A stretch of 64,000 bases of DNA from Lama glama (taxonomy: Eukaryota). Numbering within the stretch: position 1 is the stretch's first letter; each line of letters begins with the position of its first letter. The stretch lies in assembly GCA_028534125.1 (NCBI GenBank), contig CM052832.1, positions 21,826,001-21,890,000 of the forward strand, read 5' to 3'. Below the pieces are notes generated by a model. That model was not told where the DNA came from, ran no database searches, and saw nothing but the letters and a program-made list of their open reading frames with translations. Below, one piece after another: positions 25,258 to 39,560 of the stretch. The translations under genes and the position numbers were made by a program.

Positions 25258-27885
25258 CAAGTTCCTAAAATAGAAGCACATTTACTATATTAACATACTG
25301 AAAAAGAAAAACCAAAGGTCATCTCAACAGAAGCAAAAAAAGTATTTGACTAATTTCTAAATCCATTCATGAGAAAAGTCTCAGCAAACTAAAATCAAAG
25401 GAGAACTTCCTTGAATTAATTAAGGATATCTATAATAAACCTACAGCTAACATCACTTGTTCTCTCTAAGAGGAAAAACAAGGTAAGGATGCCCTCTCTT
25501 ACCACTTTTATTCACTATTGTACTAGTGGCCCTAGCTAAGGCAATAAGGAAAGAAAGGCATACAATCACAGGAAAAAGGAATTAAAAAGGTTTCTTCACA
25601 AATGAAATGATTGGGTAGGTATAAAATCCTACAGGAATTTAATAAAAAGCTACTAGAACTAGTAAGTTAGTTTAGCAAGACCACAGGATTCAAGAGAAAG
25701 TAAAACTCATTGAACATAGGCAAAGAAAATCTTAAGAATAAAAGGAGTTCCTGAACATGAAAAAGAAACCCGAAGGCAATGGAATGGAATACTAAAAATT
25801 ATAATTCAAGAAAACTTACCAAAAAAATTTTTTTAAAGATTTTTCTGTATGTTGGAAGATCATACTATGTTCCTGAGGATATTGTCCCAGAACAATCAAC
25901 ACTAAGGCACATTCTAATAAAATCACTGTACTCTAAAGAAAAAGAAACATCTCCTTTGAGCATCCAGGCAAAAAAACAAACAAACAAAAAAACCAACAAC
26001 AAGAAAAACAAACCCATGACTTATACAGGGAAAAATTACATTGCCACCAGACTTCAAAAGCAGTACTCTACACCAGAAAGAACACATGACCCAAGTATTT
26101 TATATCCAGCAAATGTGATTGTCAAGTATAAAGATCATTAACTATTATCAACACACCACAAGTAAGGGACTGTTGTTCCCAGGAGCCTTTCCTAAGGAAC
26201 CTACTAAAATAGCACTTCAAACCACCAAAAATAACTAGAAGGGTTTTGGCATAAGGTCTAGTGAACACTAAATATATAATTATTTATGGAATGAATACCA
26301 AATAAGGTTTGAAAGGGAGAGACTGAGTACATAAAGACTACATGATTTGATGATGTAGATACAGAACTCCCATTTAAAAGTATCTGGGAGGAGAATGGAA
26401 ATATAGCATGTGCCAAAAAAAAATCTTTTTAACTTTTTCAGTAATCATGATTGGTGATGTGTGTACAAGTATTTTTATTATTCTGAAACTACTATGTACA
26501 AAGTGGGATAAAGCTAATGAGGAACACGGGATAATTCTATCACCCTCTATGCTCTTGAGAGCTAGGATTCTTGATGAAGAAGTAGGAAACAAATGTAATA
26601 TATGAGATTAAGGTAAAAACCCTGTAATCTTACATGTAAGTTGGAAACACCAAAATGAACTCATCAGGTATTTTATATACAATTTGTGTTTGAGTGTGTG
26701 CATCAATTAGAAGACTGAAAAGGCCTAGAAACAACAACCAACACAGAAGCAAAGCACCCTGGAGTGGTGATGAAATGCCATTTCCCATTAAAAAAAGCCA
26801 GGGCCTCTCAGAGAAAAGGCTGAGTCCATGTCTGGAACAGGAAACGTACAAGATGAGCTTAGAACATCTTATCAAACCATGTGAGAGCAAGGAAGCTATC
26901 AAAGAGTACGGGGTCATGTCAGAATGACTCAGAAGCCAACCCAAAGGGGATCAAAGTGGCCCAAGACAGGACAGTTTGAACCTGGGTAAGAATCACAATT
27001 GACTGAAGCCCAAATATGTTTAAATTCATGAGTTTCTAAACATACATAAAAAAAAAGATTATCAGTCACTTTTTCAGAATAATAGGAAACTAACTTATTA
27101 TTTTGGAAACCAGGTCAATAAAAGGATCTAGAATTTTTCTGCCTTTCCCTAGGAGTAAACAGCAGATGAAGGGAAACATCTTATAAAATTATTACAGCTA
27201 ACTTCTGACAACGAGGTGATATAACAGAATGTCACCATTTTCCAAACCCCAATGAAATAATGAATCTGAGCATTATGCATCAATGGCAGAGAGCGTCATG
27301 AACACGGAAACCATCCCGCATTATGAGCCTCCTGATGAAAGGATACAGCTCAATCTAAAATCCTGCCAAGGCTCTACGGCCAGCTGCCAATTTGCAGCAA
27401 AATCAGAAGACAGGAGACCATGTTGAACTGCATGGGAACATGCCATCAACAAAATTCAGACTATGGAGAGCTCTCAGGTCAAAAGGCCGACGTTCTTCAA
27501 CAGGTAAACTATTAAGGAAAAGAAAACGACAGAAGGGGAAACTGTTGATTAAGACAGACTTAAAATATACACCGGTTGTTTTTTTAATGGGAAAATTTTA
27601 ACTTTACTGCTCTTAAGAATAAAATGTGGGTGACAGAGCCGTAGGGATCAAGCCATACAGAAGTGGTTATTGTAAAGGTCAAGATAGTTGCCACCCGTGG
27701 AGGTAGGGCGAGCGAGCTGTGTGACGGGGAACACAAAGGGGTTTCCAGAGTGACTGGCAATGTTTCATTTCTTGAATTAGGGGGCAGTTACAGGGACGTT
27801 TGACTTAAAATGATTCCCTAACCTATGTATTTCTTTGCAATTTTAAAATTTATTATTGTATTTTACAATAAAGGAATTAAATAAA
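25258..27885 (+). mobile_element. Cluster of old L1M fragments (ORF2 piece plus L1MC-like long 3' UTR)
   Basis: atctcaacagaagcaaaaaaagtatttgac...aaacctacagctaacatca (ORF2); agggcctctcagagaaaaggctgagtcca...acaagatgagcttagaacatctt (L1MC 3' UTR); ends tttacaataaa. Confidence 0.8.
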
Positions 27886-29859
27886 TCTTTAAGAAAAAAT
27901 ACTCTAGAACTAAATAACCAGAGATTTCCAAGTAAACAAAAAGAGGAAGAGAAGTCCAACTGTGGTAGCTGTCTCTAAAGTCTTTTCAACCTCCCTACTT
28001 ACCTCAGAACCCACATGAAAGCAGTTTTAACCCACGGTATGTAAACAGGAAGTCACAGTTAGCCAGAGGAACCCTGATGCATGCTTGTAGAAACAAAGCT
28101 GTGTTCTGCCCTCTGACCATCCTTGTCAGAGGTAACTGGGATGACACTGAAAGACCAAGTCAGTCAGAATTATTACTAAAGAGATTCCAAGAGAACATCA
28201 CAAAAGAACTTGTTTACTTCCCGTATTTTGTGGCAATTAATTAACACCTATACCATTGCAAGGATTGACAGGAAAAATTTAAAAGTCCAAAGAGCACACA
28301 GAATGCACCTCTGACTGCTCCTCTTCTGAACTGTGTGTGGGCAACTTCACCAACTTCTGTGAACACAACCGTGAGCTTTATAAGGCAGGATGGTTCAACA
28401 AGAAAAACCCAGAGAACTACATTTCCATCCCGGCTGTGCTGTTTGTCCTGTGATGACAAACCATCTTCCTTTCAGAGCCTTAATTTTCTCACATACTTGA
28501 AAATGGCTAAACAAGATGAACCCTGATGCTTACTGCAGCACTAAAAACCTATGATTGAAGTAGGAAATATCTGCCCCCAAAAGTAGTATTTGCCACCAGA
28601 ATCCAACAAGAAATGCCACAGTGGCAAATAACATTGGAAATGTGTTTCTTTTCTAATTAGTAAGCTTTTAAATTAGAAAAAAGTAAAATTTGTTTGAACA
28701 TCCCCCCCAAAACCTACAATCTATATTCAGTTTTTTACACCCAGCTGATCTTTAGTAAAGTTGAATATTAGCAAGTGAAAATATAAGGAGAAAGTTCATT
28801 TTTAATATTTTAAATTCTGTTTTATGCTCTCACATATCCATTTGTAAAACTGTGACAAGAGAACATTTGTGGCTTTGAAAAGCTAGAATTAATAAACTAA
28901 AAGAAAACAGGCAATAAATTCAGCTTCCTTTCTCACTTCCAGTTTGTAGTGTTCAAGTTTCAACCCTAAAATAAACATCAAAATCCCAAATACTCAAGTT
29001 ACTACATTAAGTCTCAATCAGAAAAGAAATAGTAAAACAAGAAATGAATGTCCCTGTAAGCTGAGAGCCAAACGTCTAAAGGATGGTTCATGTCTTCTAG
29101 AGAGTAACAAAAATGATCATCGTGACAATAAGATTTTGCTTTTTGTATTGCTTTAGGCTTCTCCACATCATATGTTGCCTGATGCAATCTTCATGAAGAA
29201 CCCACGAGTTAAAGGAGAGATTCTTACTTTACAAATAAATGAGGAAAATGAGGTTCAGAGAAGTGAGCTGGAAGATGGAATACAATAAGAGAGGAGTTAA
29301 CATTAGTCTCTACTACTTAAAGCAAAAACGGGGGTACTTGGAAGCCCTCGAAGAAAACAGAATATATGTAGGAGATCTGTACCTGCTGGAAGAAAGAAAC
29401 TCACTTTAAAACCTGAGCAAAAAGAATGTCTCCATTCGGGTCACCTTCATCAGAGTGGTAGCCACCAGAGCGTCACAAGGTGGAACATTTCACTGTATAA
29501 GGAACTCTCAAGTCCTGGGAGCAAGTGGATACGCTGCAGAACATAACTCAACTCAATGAAACAATCCTCTCTTCTCTACTATTGAAAAATTAGAGAATTA
29601 GCACAAGGAGAAGGCCAAAAACATAACATCACTAAACTTCAAATCCCATGTTCAAAAGGCGGTGGGAGGGGACGAGGCGGAGTCTGATAGATGCCACACA
29701 AGTCCTAGTGAAATTCAACTCTCCCTGCTTAAAATGTGTTAAGGCAAAGATTGCTACCCACCATAACAACAACAAAACTTCAACAGCTAGGGAATGTATT
29801 TCTTAAGTATCATTTAGAAAATGAAACAAACATATTGCTCTAACATGGTCTCTCTCCAT

Positions 29860-30780
29860 TAAGGTTCTCAGCAAATGACCTTGCCTCTAATTTCACTGAA
29901 AAACAGAAGTCAGATGAAAATGGCTGTTTCCTTCCACCACTGCATCTATCAAACTACCTGCTCATCATCATCAAGTTTGTCTTCCGCCTGTTAAAACAAA
30001 TCAGCTTTCCTCACTGGTATGTAAACCCAAAGTTTCTGCTCGTGTGTTAGATCCCAGGCCCTCTCGGATCCTCTGCTCCAGTAATTACCCTCTTTCCTTC
30101 TCCCAAGCAAGTTCTACCTCTGTAACGGATCATATCCAACAGCATACAAACACGCAGCAACATCCCATCTGAAAAATATAAAACAAAAGCCCTCCTTTGA
30201 TTCTACACCTTTCCTCACTCAGCTTTGGCTCCATTTCTACTTCCATTTAGAGTCAATCTCCTTTAGAATGCCATCTGTACTCCATCTCACTCACTTTCTG
30301 TTTTAAATCCACTCAAATCAGTCCTATATCCCTGCCTCTCCATTGAAACTGCTCATCAAGAACCACCACCAGCTAGTGCCCTCGTGACAAATCCAATAGC
30401 TCAATTCTCAGTCTTCATCAGACTCAATCTCTCAGCACTTACACAGCTCATCACTCCTCCTCTTGAAACATATCCTTCACTTGGCTTCTAAGACAAAACA
30501 CTCTCCTGGTTTCTTCTACCTCCACTGAGTCTCCTTTGTTGGCTCCTAGTCCTTGGTCTTTTCCTTCTCTGTCTACCCTAATTACCTACCTAGGCGAACT
30601 TCTTCAGTCTCATTGATTTATATACCAGGATGAAGATTCCCAAATTTATCTCTCAAACATCAACCCCCCATATAGAACATGTCAGCTCAGGTATCCAGTA
30701 AGCATCTCAAATTATGCGTGATCCGAACAGAATTCCTAATCTCCCATTCCCAAACCCACTCCACCCTTCAAAACGAGTGG
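29860..30780 (+). mobile_element. L2 internal/3' fragment
   Basis: gaccttgcctctaatttcactgaaaa...ccattgaaactgctcatcaag...cttggcttctaagacaaaacactctcctggtt. Confidence 0.85.
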
Positions 30781-31675
30781 AAAAACCTGTCTCTCTTTTC
30801 TATTAAATACTTTTTAAATATCTTATAAATCATTTTCCTTGCACTTATGCAGAGTTTTCTTAAAGAAGCTAGAATAATTTTATTAGAAGCCTAAATATGA
30901 CCAAAATTAGTGTCACAGATGGATTTTAAAATAGCTTGCTAACATGAGAAGATAGTATATTTCTCACATTTGGGTTTTATGGTAACTAACCCACATAGGT
31001 AACTCTAATTTCTCCCTTGTACTCACTTTGTAACATTTTTGTGATAAGGTATTTTAAAAGCTTGACAAAAAACATGCCTGAATTTTCAATTTCAATTATA
31101 ATTATTACATTTCTTACACTTAGATTTTGTTCTCAACAAGATGAGGAAAAAGAAAATTAAAACATAAGGCAGTATCAATTATAAATTCTTAATTAAGAAT
31201 TAACATTGTACATTGTATGAGTTCTAGTTCATCAAGTATTTATTTGTAAACGCTGCCACACTCTTTTTCTACTTGAAAAATCTATTGGTTAGTCTTGCAA
31301 ACATTCTCCATGAATATAACTGGCATTATCTTCCTAGTAACAAGAAAAAAAATAAGAGTATCAATCTCCTAATACAAACTCTATGTCTCTGGAGAGTAAA
31401 GATTAGGAGCCAAAAATGACTCATTTTATGTACTCTTCTTAGGAAGTAGTATCATTTTTTAAAGAGTTTAAGACACTGGTATTATTTTAAAAGAAGAAAA
31501 ACATGTAAAAATACTAGTAGAGGACAGAAAATGGAATCTGACTTCTAATCATGAGAAGAAGAAAAAACACTTAATAGTCTTCTAAATTAATCAATTAATT
31601 CAATCAAAACTCGAGAGCTTAAAGAATGAAAGTAAAGGTAAAATAGTAATATAGCCGAATGCTGAAAACCAGGTA

Positions 31676-32028
31676 TAGCCATCCCTTAGTATCAAGGAGG
31701 GGTTGGTTCCAGGACCTGCCTTACCCCCACCCCCATCCCCCACGGATACCAAAATTTGAGGATGCTTAAGTCCCTTACATGAAATGGCATAGTATTTGTA
31801 TATAACCTTAGCACATCCTCCTATATACTTTAAATCATCCCTAGGTTACTTATGATGCCTAACACAATGTAAATGCTATGTAAATAGCTGCCGGCACATG
31901 GCAAAAGTAAGTTTCGTTTTTTGGAACTTTCTGGAATTTCTTCCCCACATATTTTTGATACACAGTTGGTTGAAATGCAAGGACTCAAACCCAAAGATGG
32001 GAAATCCGCAGATACAACGGACCAATTG
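31676..32028 (+). mobile_element. MER2-like TcMar-Tigger MITE
   Basis: ttggttccaggacc...cggataccaaaat...aaatggcatagtatttg...atactttaaatcatc...tgtaaatgctatgtaaatag; left TA at 31674-31675. Confidence 0.88.
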
Positions 32029-33074
32029 CTTATGCTTTGCATCACAGTCAGAGGGGAAAGGTCCCTCACCTGTGCTTCCTGAATTATGAAAGCCATCCTA
32101 GGTTGTGTTCCACTAAACACTCTTCTCACCACAGTGCATCCGTGAAATAATGGCTGCTCTGCACAGAAGAGGTAAGAGCAGCACCATTATAAGTCCTCTG
32201 ATTCTTAGAATTTTACAAAGATAAAAGACAGTATTTCATACCGAAAAATATATGGCACTTTGAAAATTATTATATAACTTTTACTTGAAAAATAAGGATC
32301 ATTTTGAACATCAGTTGTTATACCTACAAGTAATTGGGCTTAAGTCTGGGTATTGAATGCAAAACGTGTGCCCTAAAACTTCTCTTAAAATAGTCTCAAT
32401 ACACCGTGATGGCCAGGATTTGACCTCCTATAACTGTGGGAAAGGGAGTGTAGATCAATGACTAATATTTAGCTGATACCCACTCACTCTTCAGGTAACA
32501 ATTTAAGATGTCATTTCTTCCAGAAAAGTCTTTTCTGACCACTCCAAGTTTAGCACTTAAATTCCTCTCTTATAATCTCCTGTAGCACCCAATACGTTTC
32601 CCTCTCATAGACTGTATCATATTCTGTTACCATGATCTCTTGGTTTATGTGCATGTACTATTGGATTCTAAGTGACATGGCAATGTGCACTACCGACTAT
32701 CAACTCAGATCATCATTAGAAGCTCATCTTTGGTTAATGAGGTACTGGAAGTGTTAGGCAAATGCAGTGTGCGTATACCTACAAAATGCTTGCCTTTCTA
32801 ATGAGTTAAAATGTATATTTCAAAACAGAAACTCTATTTTCTATAAGCACTATATACACTGAACACAGAACACCTACCTGTTTTCATCTCACAACTTTGA
32901 TTCACTTTTTACCTGTCCCTCCTTGTTCAAATAAACTTAAATCACATATGATCTTAATTACACTAAAAAGCCACACCTCTAAAGTAAAGAGATATGTCAC
33001 TAAATTCCCGGGAAACGAATGGTTACAACCAATGAAGAGAAAAAGACATTTTGAGAAAACTAAAGGGGAACTCT

Positions 33075-33215
33075 CTTACAAATAAAGAAATGAGGGCTTA
33101 CAGAGGTTGAATGTTTTACTAGAAATCACATAGATCGTTAGAGTCAGAACCGGAACCAGAAATTTGGATTCCAATTCCTAATTCAGTGCTTTCTCCACAA
33201 TATCCTAATGCTTCC
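33075..33215 (-). mobile_element. MIR SINE
   Basis: ttacaaataaagaaatgagggcttacagaggttgaatg...tcagtgctttctccac. Confidence 0.7.
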
Positions 33216-33784
33216 AAGCTGCTTATTAAATATTTACTGAGAATTCTTGGCCAAACAAAAATAATCCATTACTGTATGTTCTAGTAAATCAAAAACCTTT
33301 TAGTAAGGTCAGGTGACAGAGGCACACTGCCTTAAATATTGACTTTTTATTTTTTTAAGTAAGTTTCTCTATGTCCTAGTTATTTTTTTCACTTTACTAG
33401 TCAACAAGATTTCATTTTATTTAAATAATTTAAACATACCAGTTGTTACAGTGCAAACACACTTAAGGGGGAGTCATGGTTCTGATTTTTACATATCTAC
33501 TTTCTACTTTATAAAAACAATGTGGTATGTCATATTTATTAAACTTTAGGAAGACAGGACAAAAATTATCACATTTTTTAACTTAAATGCTGTAATTTCC
33601 CTAATGAAGCAATTACCATGATAATATTGACTTCACCCAGCATCCTCTTGGTTATGAACCTAATTACACTGGGAAGTATTAACTTGGAACTCAGGAAATC
33701 AACAGTCTTTAGAAATTTATTTATAAAGGTTAATTCACATGAGATTTTACCAAATACTATAGTTCATTCCAATATCTATTTCAC

Positions 33785-34195
33785 TTGAGATGATTAGTCC
33801 AAGCCAACACTACAATTCTATCTTCTTTGCCAACGTTCAGAAGAATAGTCTGAAGCTACTTTGGACCAATGATACATGAAAAGTTTTGGTCAGGTCTTTG
33901 AAGAAACAAAAGCCAGTTCCTTTCCCACTAGAAAAACATGGCTTCAACAGCTGCCCCCGTCTTCACAGCCACACAAAGCAGCAGCCTGAAGGGTGAAGCT
34001 AAGGATGCAAATGGAAGAGGAACTGGAAATAGGATGAATGAACCTGGGTGTTTTATGACAACAGTTAAGTTCAATCAACCCACTCGGAAGCCTTCCAGGA
34101 CTCCACGTTGTGAGAAAAATCTGCTTCTTTATTGTTTGAGAGAGTTTCAGCTGAGATTTGTATTACTTGCAGCAAAAACGACCTTAACTGATTAA
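33785..34195 (+). mobile_element. Old MaLR LTR (MLT1J/K-like)
   Basis: gaccaatgatacatga..., ends ttacttgcagcaaaaacgaccttaactgatta. Confidence 0.7.
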
Positions 34196-35889
34196 GTAGT
34201 AAAATCAAGTCTAGGGACAAAAAGCACTAGAAAGGGAAGAGACTATAAACCTACATTATTACAAGAATCATCATTCCAAAGTACTTTCTCCCTCATTATG
34301 TGGTTCAAATACCACCCAAGATTCAGGAGTTTCTATAGAGCAAAGGAACTCCAAGACTCTCCCTAAACAATATCTGATTTAATAAACTACCAGGAAACTA
34401 ATGCATTTCTACTCACTTCTTTCAATAGTTATTAGGCACCCAGCATCCTTCCAGGCTCTGGGCATACAGCTGTAAACAAAGCAGAACTCCTACCCTGGGA
34501 GCTTCCATTGCAATAAAGATAATTAACAAGTAAATAAATGTCTTCCACATGGATTTAGTTCTACTGTACAAAAATCAGGCAGTACCCAGGCAAGTTCTAT
34601 CATGATCAGCATCTGAATATAATGAATTACGGGTGAAATAAACAAGAAGATTGCAAGAACTCTTTCACTCATGTTTAAAAAAGAGAGAAACAAGATCTGA
34701 GAAGAAGAAGAAAAAACTGAAAGATCAAGAGAAAGAAATCAAGCCAGGATTGCAGAAAAGCAAAAGGGAAAGATGCAGAAAGAACAAGACTTTGAAATCA
34801 TCACCACACATACACACACAAAGAATAAAGAAATGGGAATTTAAATAACATCTATTTCAACTCTTTCATACTAGAAACAAGGAGACTAGACAAATAGCAC
34901 GTGAAACCAATTAACAGGGTCTAGAACCCAAGATCTTCTAACACCTCTTCAAAGAAAAAACAAAAAAACCTACCTCAGACCAGTAGAAAACACTGAAGTT
35001 CCCAGCCCACCCACATCGTACATTCCCTCTAAACCACAGCTGACTTTCCAAAATCCACCACATTGTAAACCACATTTTAGGGCTGAGCTAAACCCATTTC
35101 ATGAGATGGTCAGATGGGCAAGAAACACCCTTCTATTATCTCACGTAGAAAAGGAGAGAAATACCCACCTCCTTTTCTATGTCTTATATGTAACAAGTTA
35201 AGGCTTGTAAAGAGAGAGAACTTTTTTTAAAGAAAATTTCTGAAGTGATAAAATTAAAACAGCATTGAAAAAAGATCCAAAATTTTAACCTTTTGACGAA
35301 AAGTCTCTGACTAGGTACTATCAGATAACTAAGTTGAATAACCTGGCTTCCTTATTTTCTCAGAAGAAATTTAAGGAATTGTTAAGTAACCACTGAATTG
35401 TTTAAGAACTTCAAGTAACATGGAAAAGTAAGTTTCTGGGATAGGTCAGAAGCACTTGACTAACTACATGGCTCACTCTGCTAGCATGTAGTTTAAATTA
35501 TTGTAGACAGAACAATAGGCAATTGCAATTTTTGAGTGCTTTCCCTACTCTTATAATATACTATGCATTAAAATGGTTTCAGAGTTCAAATCATAGGTCA
35601 ATGGGTACTATCACTCTGGGGAAACCTGAGACTGGGCCTGAGTATCAGGAAAATATAGAGCATTTTTAACCCAAAGCTGCTTTAAATGTACATTTTTAAA
35701 GATAAGTATCTTTAAATAGCAGGAAGCTTTAAGTTTTTTCAATATAAACAATTCTTCAGTTTGCAAATACTGACTGAGTGCCTGCTTTGTATGAGACACC
35801 ATACAAGCCACAATTAATACAACTTAAATACAGAAATCATCCTTAAGTACGTATGGACTATTTGGTTACTCCTGATCACAGAGGACAGT

Positions 35890-36023
35890 GAAAATGACCA
35901 TGTCTTATGAACAGAGTGCCCAGATGTCCTTGTCTGTGCCTCTTATCCCAGCATAATTTTTAGTGGCTCTCTGTCACTCTCAAAAGGGTCCCAGGTTAAT
36001 CAGTGAATTACACGGTTACCCTA
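35890..36023 (-). mobile_element. MER94-like hAT-Blackjack MITE
   Basis: cagcataatttttagtggctctctgtcactctcaaaagggtcccaggtt...acggttacccta. Confidence 0.75.
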
Positions 36024-37210
36024 CCACAGTGGGTAAGCAGACAGGTGCTATATGGTAGCCAGTTACCATAATGCCAAATACAACTAGATTTCTGTTTTCA
36101 TGTTGTAGATAAGAATAAGCTACCCCTAGATAAAATGTAAAGAGTCAGATGTTATACCAACAAGATAAAAGCATTCTGTGATTGCTGAATAACAACTTTA
36201 AAAGGGATTTGTTTTCTTAATTCAAACACCCAGTAGTCAAATATTCCATCATTCTGCGCCACCAGATTAATGGTTTGCAGCTAAACCAGGCAGATCTCAA
36301 AGGCCACGTGACCAACTAAAGAACCAAAACACTAGGGCCACTTGCCAGATTGCCACAAGAACAAAGGCCTAGCAGGTGGCCATCTACTGCTCCAAATTAA
36401 ATCATGCTGCACAGAACATTATCTCCATCATTGTATAATGTTGTTTTTGTGTAATGTTACTCCTCATATCCAATTTTCAAAATTAAGACAAAATTGTTTT
36501 TAATGACAGGCAAACCACAATAGGAAATAACAATGATCCAAATAACATTGTTCAAGACTCAGTGAAAAGGGCCCCTCCCAAGCTGCAGAAGTAACCACCC
36601 AGCCCTACCCACCCCTCACCCCAGTATTTGTTCACTGAAGCAGTGCTGTATCTGGAACAAATCCCAAGGCCTAGTCAAACACCAGGTGGTATGCTAGGGT
36701 GTTTTTTTTTAAGTAACAGATGGCTCAAACTTTTCATCTTTATGACATGCAGCAAAGGACTTATACAAGTGAAACTGTCTTCCAAGTACTTTATACAAGT
36801 CATACAACTAACTACTCACGTGAGTCATCCCTCCACGTCACAGAGAGAGCAGCAGGTTAGACAGATGCTGTACTCCCAGGCTATTTATTACTGTGTACAA
36901 CATAAATATAATGAGATACATAAACACAGATACACACATATATATTTAAATACAGTTACATACTTGATGGTATTCTGTTTCCTCTGTTGTAAAATTAGGG
37001 TCTAAAATGAACACTTTGGTCTTGGTAAATAAAGGCAAGATGTTACAAATGTGAAATAAAGTCAGGGATAAGAAGAGAGGTGTGTCCTGTTTCACTGAAA
37101 TTTGAATTGTAGGATATCTTGAACAGAAATTTAAGAGTGGAAAGTAGGCAGAAACTAAGTTGGGTCAGCCTATGGGCATCTGATTACTACCTCAAACTCA
37201 CCAAAAAAAG

Positions 37211-37227
37211 ACACACACACACACACA
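37211..37227. repeat. (AC)n microsatellite
   Basis: Direct reading of the sequence. Confidence 0.9.
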
Positions 37228-39029
37228 AAAAGCGTAATGTAAAGTAAGTTAGGTTGATTTTTTTCTTTCCTCCCTGTTTTTTTCCCCACGACACAACTCA
37301 CCTTCTAGCCAACGTCCAGCCCCAAAAAACCTGGCCTCCCTACACCAGGTGGCAAACCTAGTGAGAGCAGGTTGGGGGGTATCCCTTGATATAACAGCAG
37401 AATTAAGGCAAAGGAATCATCACAGGAAGCCCTTAGGCCCTTAAGCAGAGAGAGAGAACCTGTCCCAGCCCACCATATCAGGCCCTCACCACCTCCTACT
37501 GTCCTGTTAGGTGGGGAGCAAACAGATGCTCTGGGACAAGGCCCTGCCCATCCCCTCAGCTTCCTTGTGACTGATAAAGAGCATGGGGACCCCTGGGTAA
37601 GAAGTACTGCCCTGAGAAGAACTAGTGACAGGACTGAATGTTTAGTGATGTCAGTAATCGCCTCCCCCGCAGACCCAATCCGTGAAATTCCTCTATGAGC
37701 CCATTTCCCTTACCCAGCACAGGGGACAAAGAGACACAGACAGCAGGAAGGAAAGTCATCCTAAACAGCCTCAAGAAGTGTGTGCTGCTGAAACATGTGC
37801 ACCGATGAAAAGAGAAGCTACAGGTTTTTACTGGAAATTAGATCTGCTCAAAAGTGGTACCACAGTTGTCTCTAAAATCCATGAAATATGTATAGATTCT
37901 TAATACATTTTGGGTTTGGCTGAAAATCAAACTACCATGTATATATATAATATTACTCCTGGGTAAAAATAAGTCCTGAATTCCAGCAAGTATTTGCAAA
38001 AGAACTGCTTCTATGTAAGGGCCTTCTTGCTGAAGTACTTCTCTGAACAGTATACATTTAATCAGTCTTATCTCTATATAAGGCATTTCAATAACCGTTA
38101 CTAACTGCTTAATATCAAAACCCTGTACTGTTTTAAATATGGTAGCTTTATAATAATTGTGACTGATGATGTTCTTTATAAAATATTTTGTGAATAAGCT
38201 TAAGAAATAATCTTATGATTCCAGAAACAAAATTTCATTTATTGATACCTGTGCTAAACTTGAATCACCATAAAAATATGCTCAGCAATATTGTAATAAA
38301 TTAAAACCCCATAAATGCTGTCATTTGTAAAATGAAAAAAAAAAACCACAACTATTTTTAAACACCTACTTTTGCTAAAGCATGTTACACAAGCCCTAAG
38401 TTAATTAGTTCACACTTGAGGTCAGCTACCTAGAATGCCTCTCAATTATAAATCGCATGATCTGTTTCTACACTTTCAGGAACTTGACCATTTTGCACGA
38501 CACTTCCAGGAAAAATTAACACTTGGAATACAGCTGACTTTTAAATTTACAACTGTTAATTATCATTCCACTTCTGTTCTCCCCTTCACCCTTGTACAAT
38601 GAAAAATTATTGCAGGCTATGCACATTTTAATTGAATGTGAATTGTTATTCTCATTTTAGTCAGGCTTTCTGACCCATTTATTCCAAACCTCATACTCTT
38701 TGTTGCAAATTAACCGGATGGCCACCCTGTAATGGGTATTGGCATACCATAAATTCAACAATTTATACAGACCTCAGGGTACTAGACTATACCATGTAGA
38801 ATTTCATTTTGAAAGAGTAAATCGCAAGAAGATTCACCCAAGTGAGATTAAACTGGAGGAACAATGAGCAAATTAACTCTATTATTTCCTGACTTCTGGT
38901 CTAGGGACATGTTCCACAGATCCTTACTTTCTAGTTTCATACTGTTGTCACTTCATATAGCATTGAGCTTGGTCCCATGTGACCTTAACCCTGACACTTG
39001 TTCAGAGCCATTCATTAAGCAGCCAATAA

Positions 39030-39560
39030 ACTCATCTGCTACCTTTCTCCCTCTGGCTCCTCCACCAGCCACACTGGCTTCTCCTTGCTGTTCCTTGAAC
39101 AATCAAACAGGTTCCTATCCCAGTACCTCTTCATTGCTATTCCCTCTGCTTGGAATAGTCTCTTCTCAGATATCCCCACTGCTGTTACCTTATTTCATTC
39201 AGGTCTCTGCTCAAGGTCATATTATCAGAAAAATCTTTCTGGACCATGCTATTCAAATTAGAACCCCCCATGTCTCCCAAGATCTTGCTTTCACTTTCTT
39301 CATAGCATTTGTCCAGAGTTATGTTACCTCTCTTTTCCAACTACAATGCAAGCTACATAAACGACAAATTTTGCTTTATTCATACTGTATCCCCAGGACT
39401 TAAAAAAGCACTTGGTATAGTCCAATAAATAACTGAGTCAATGCATGTTTGTTTCTCTCCCTCCCCATGTAAGCTCACTAAGTATTTTTTTATTCAGTGC
39501 TGAAATCCAGTGCCTAGAACAGTGCTTAATTCTTGAGACACCCAGTTAGGCTGAATGAAT
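39030..39560 (+). mobile_element. L2 3' end plus a second L2 tail fragment
   Basis: ccagccacactggcttctccttgctgttccttgaac...attccctctgcttggaat...ctgtatccccaggactta; second tail ccagtgcctagaacagtgc. Confidence 0.85.

Noticed and set aside
38864..39403. 179-aa ORF
   Set aside because: Mostly a decayed L2 3' region; pyrimidine-rich chance frame.
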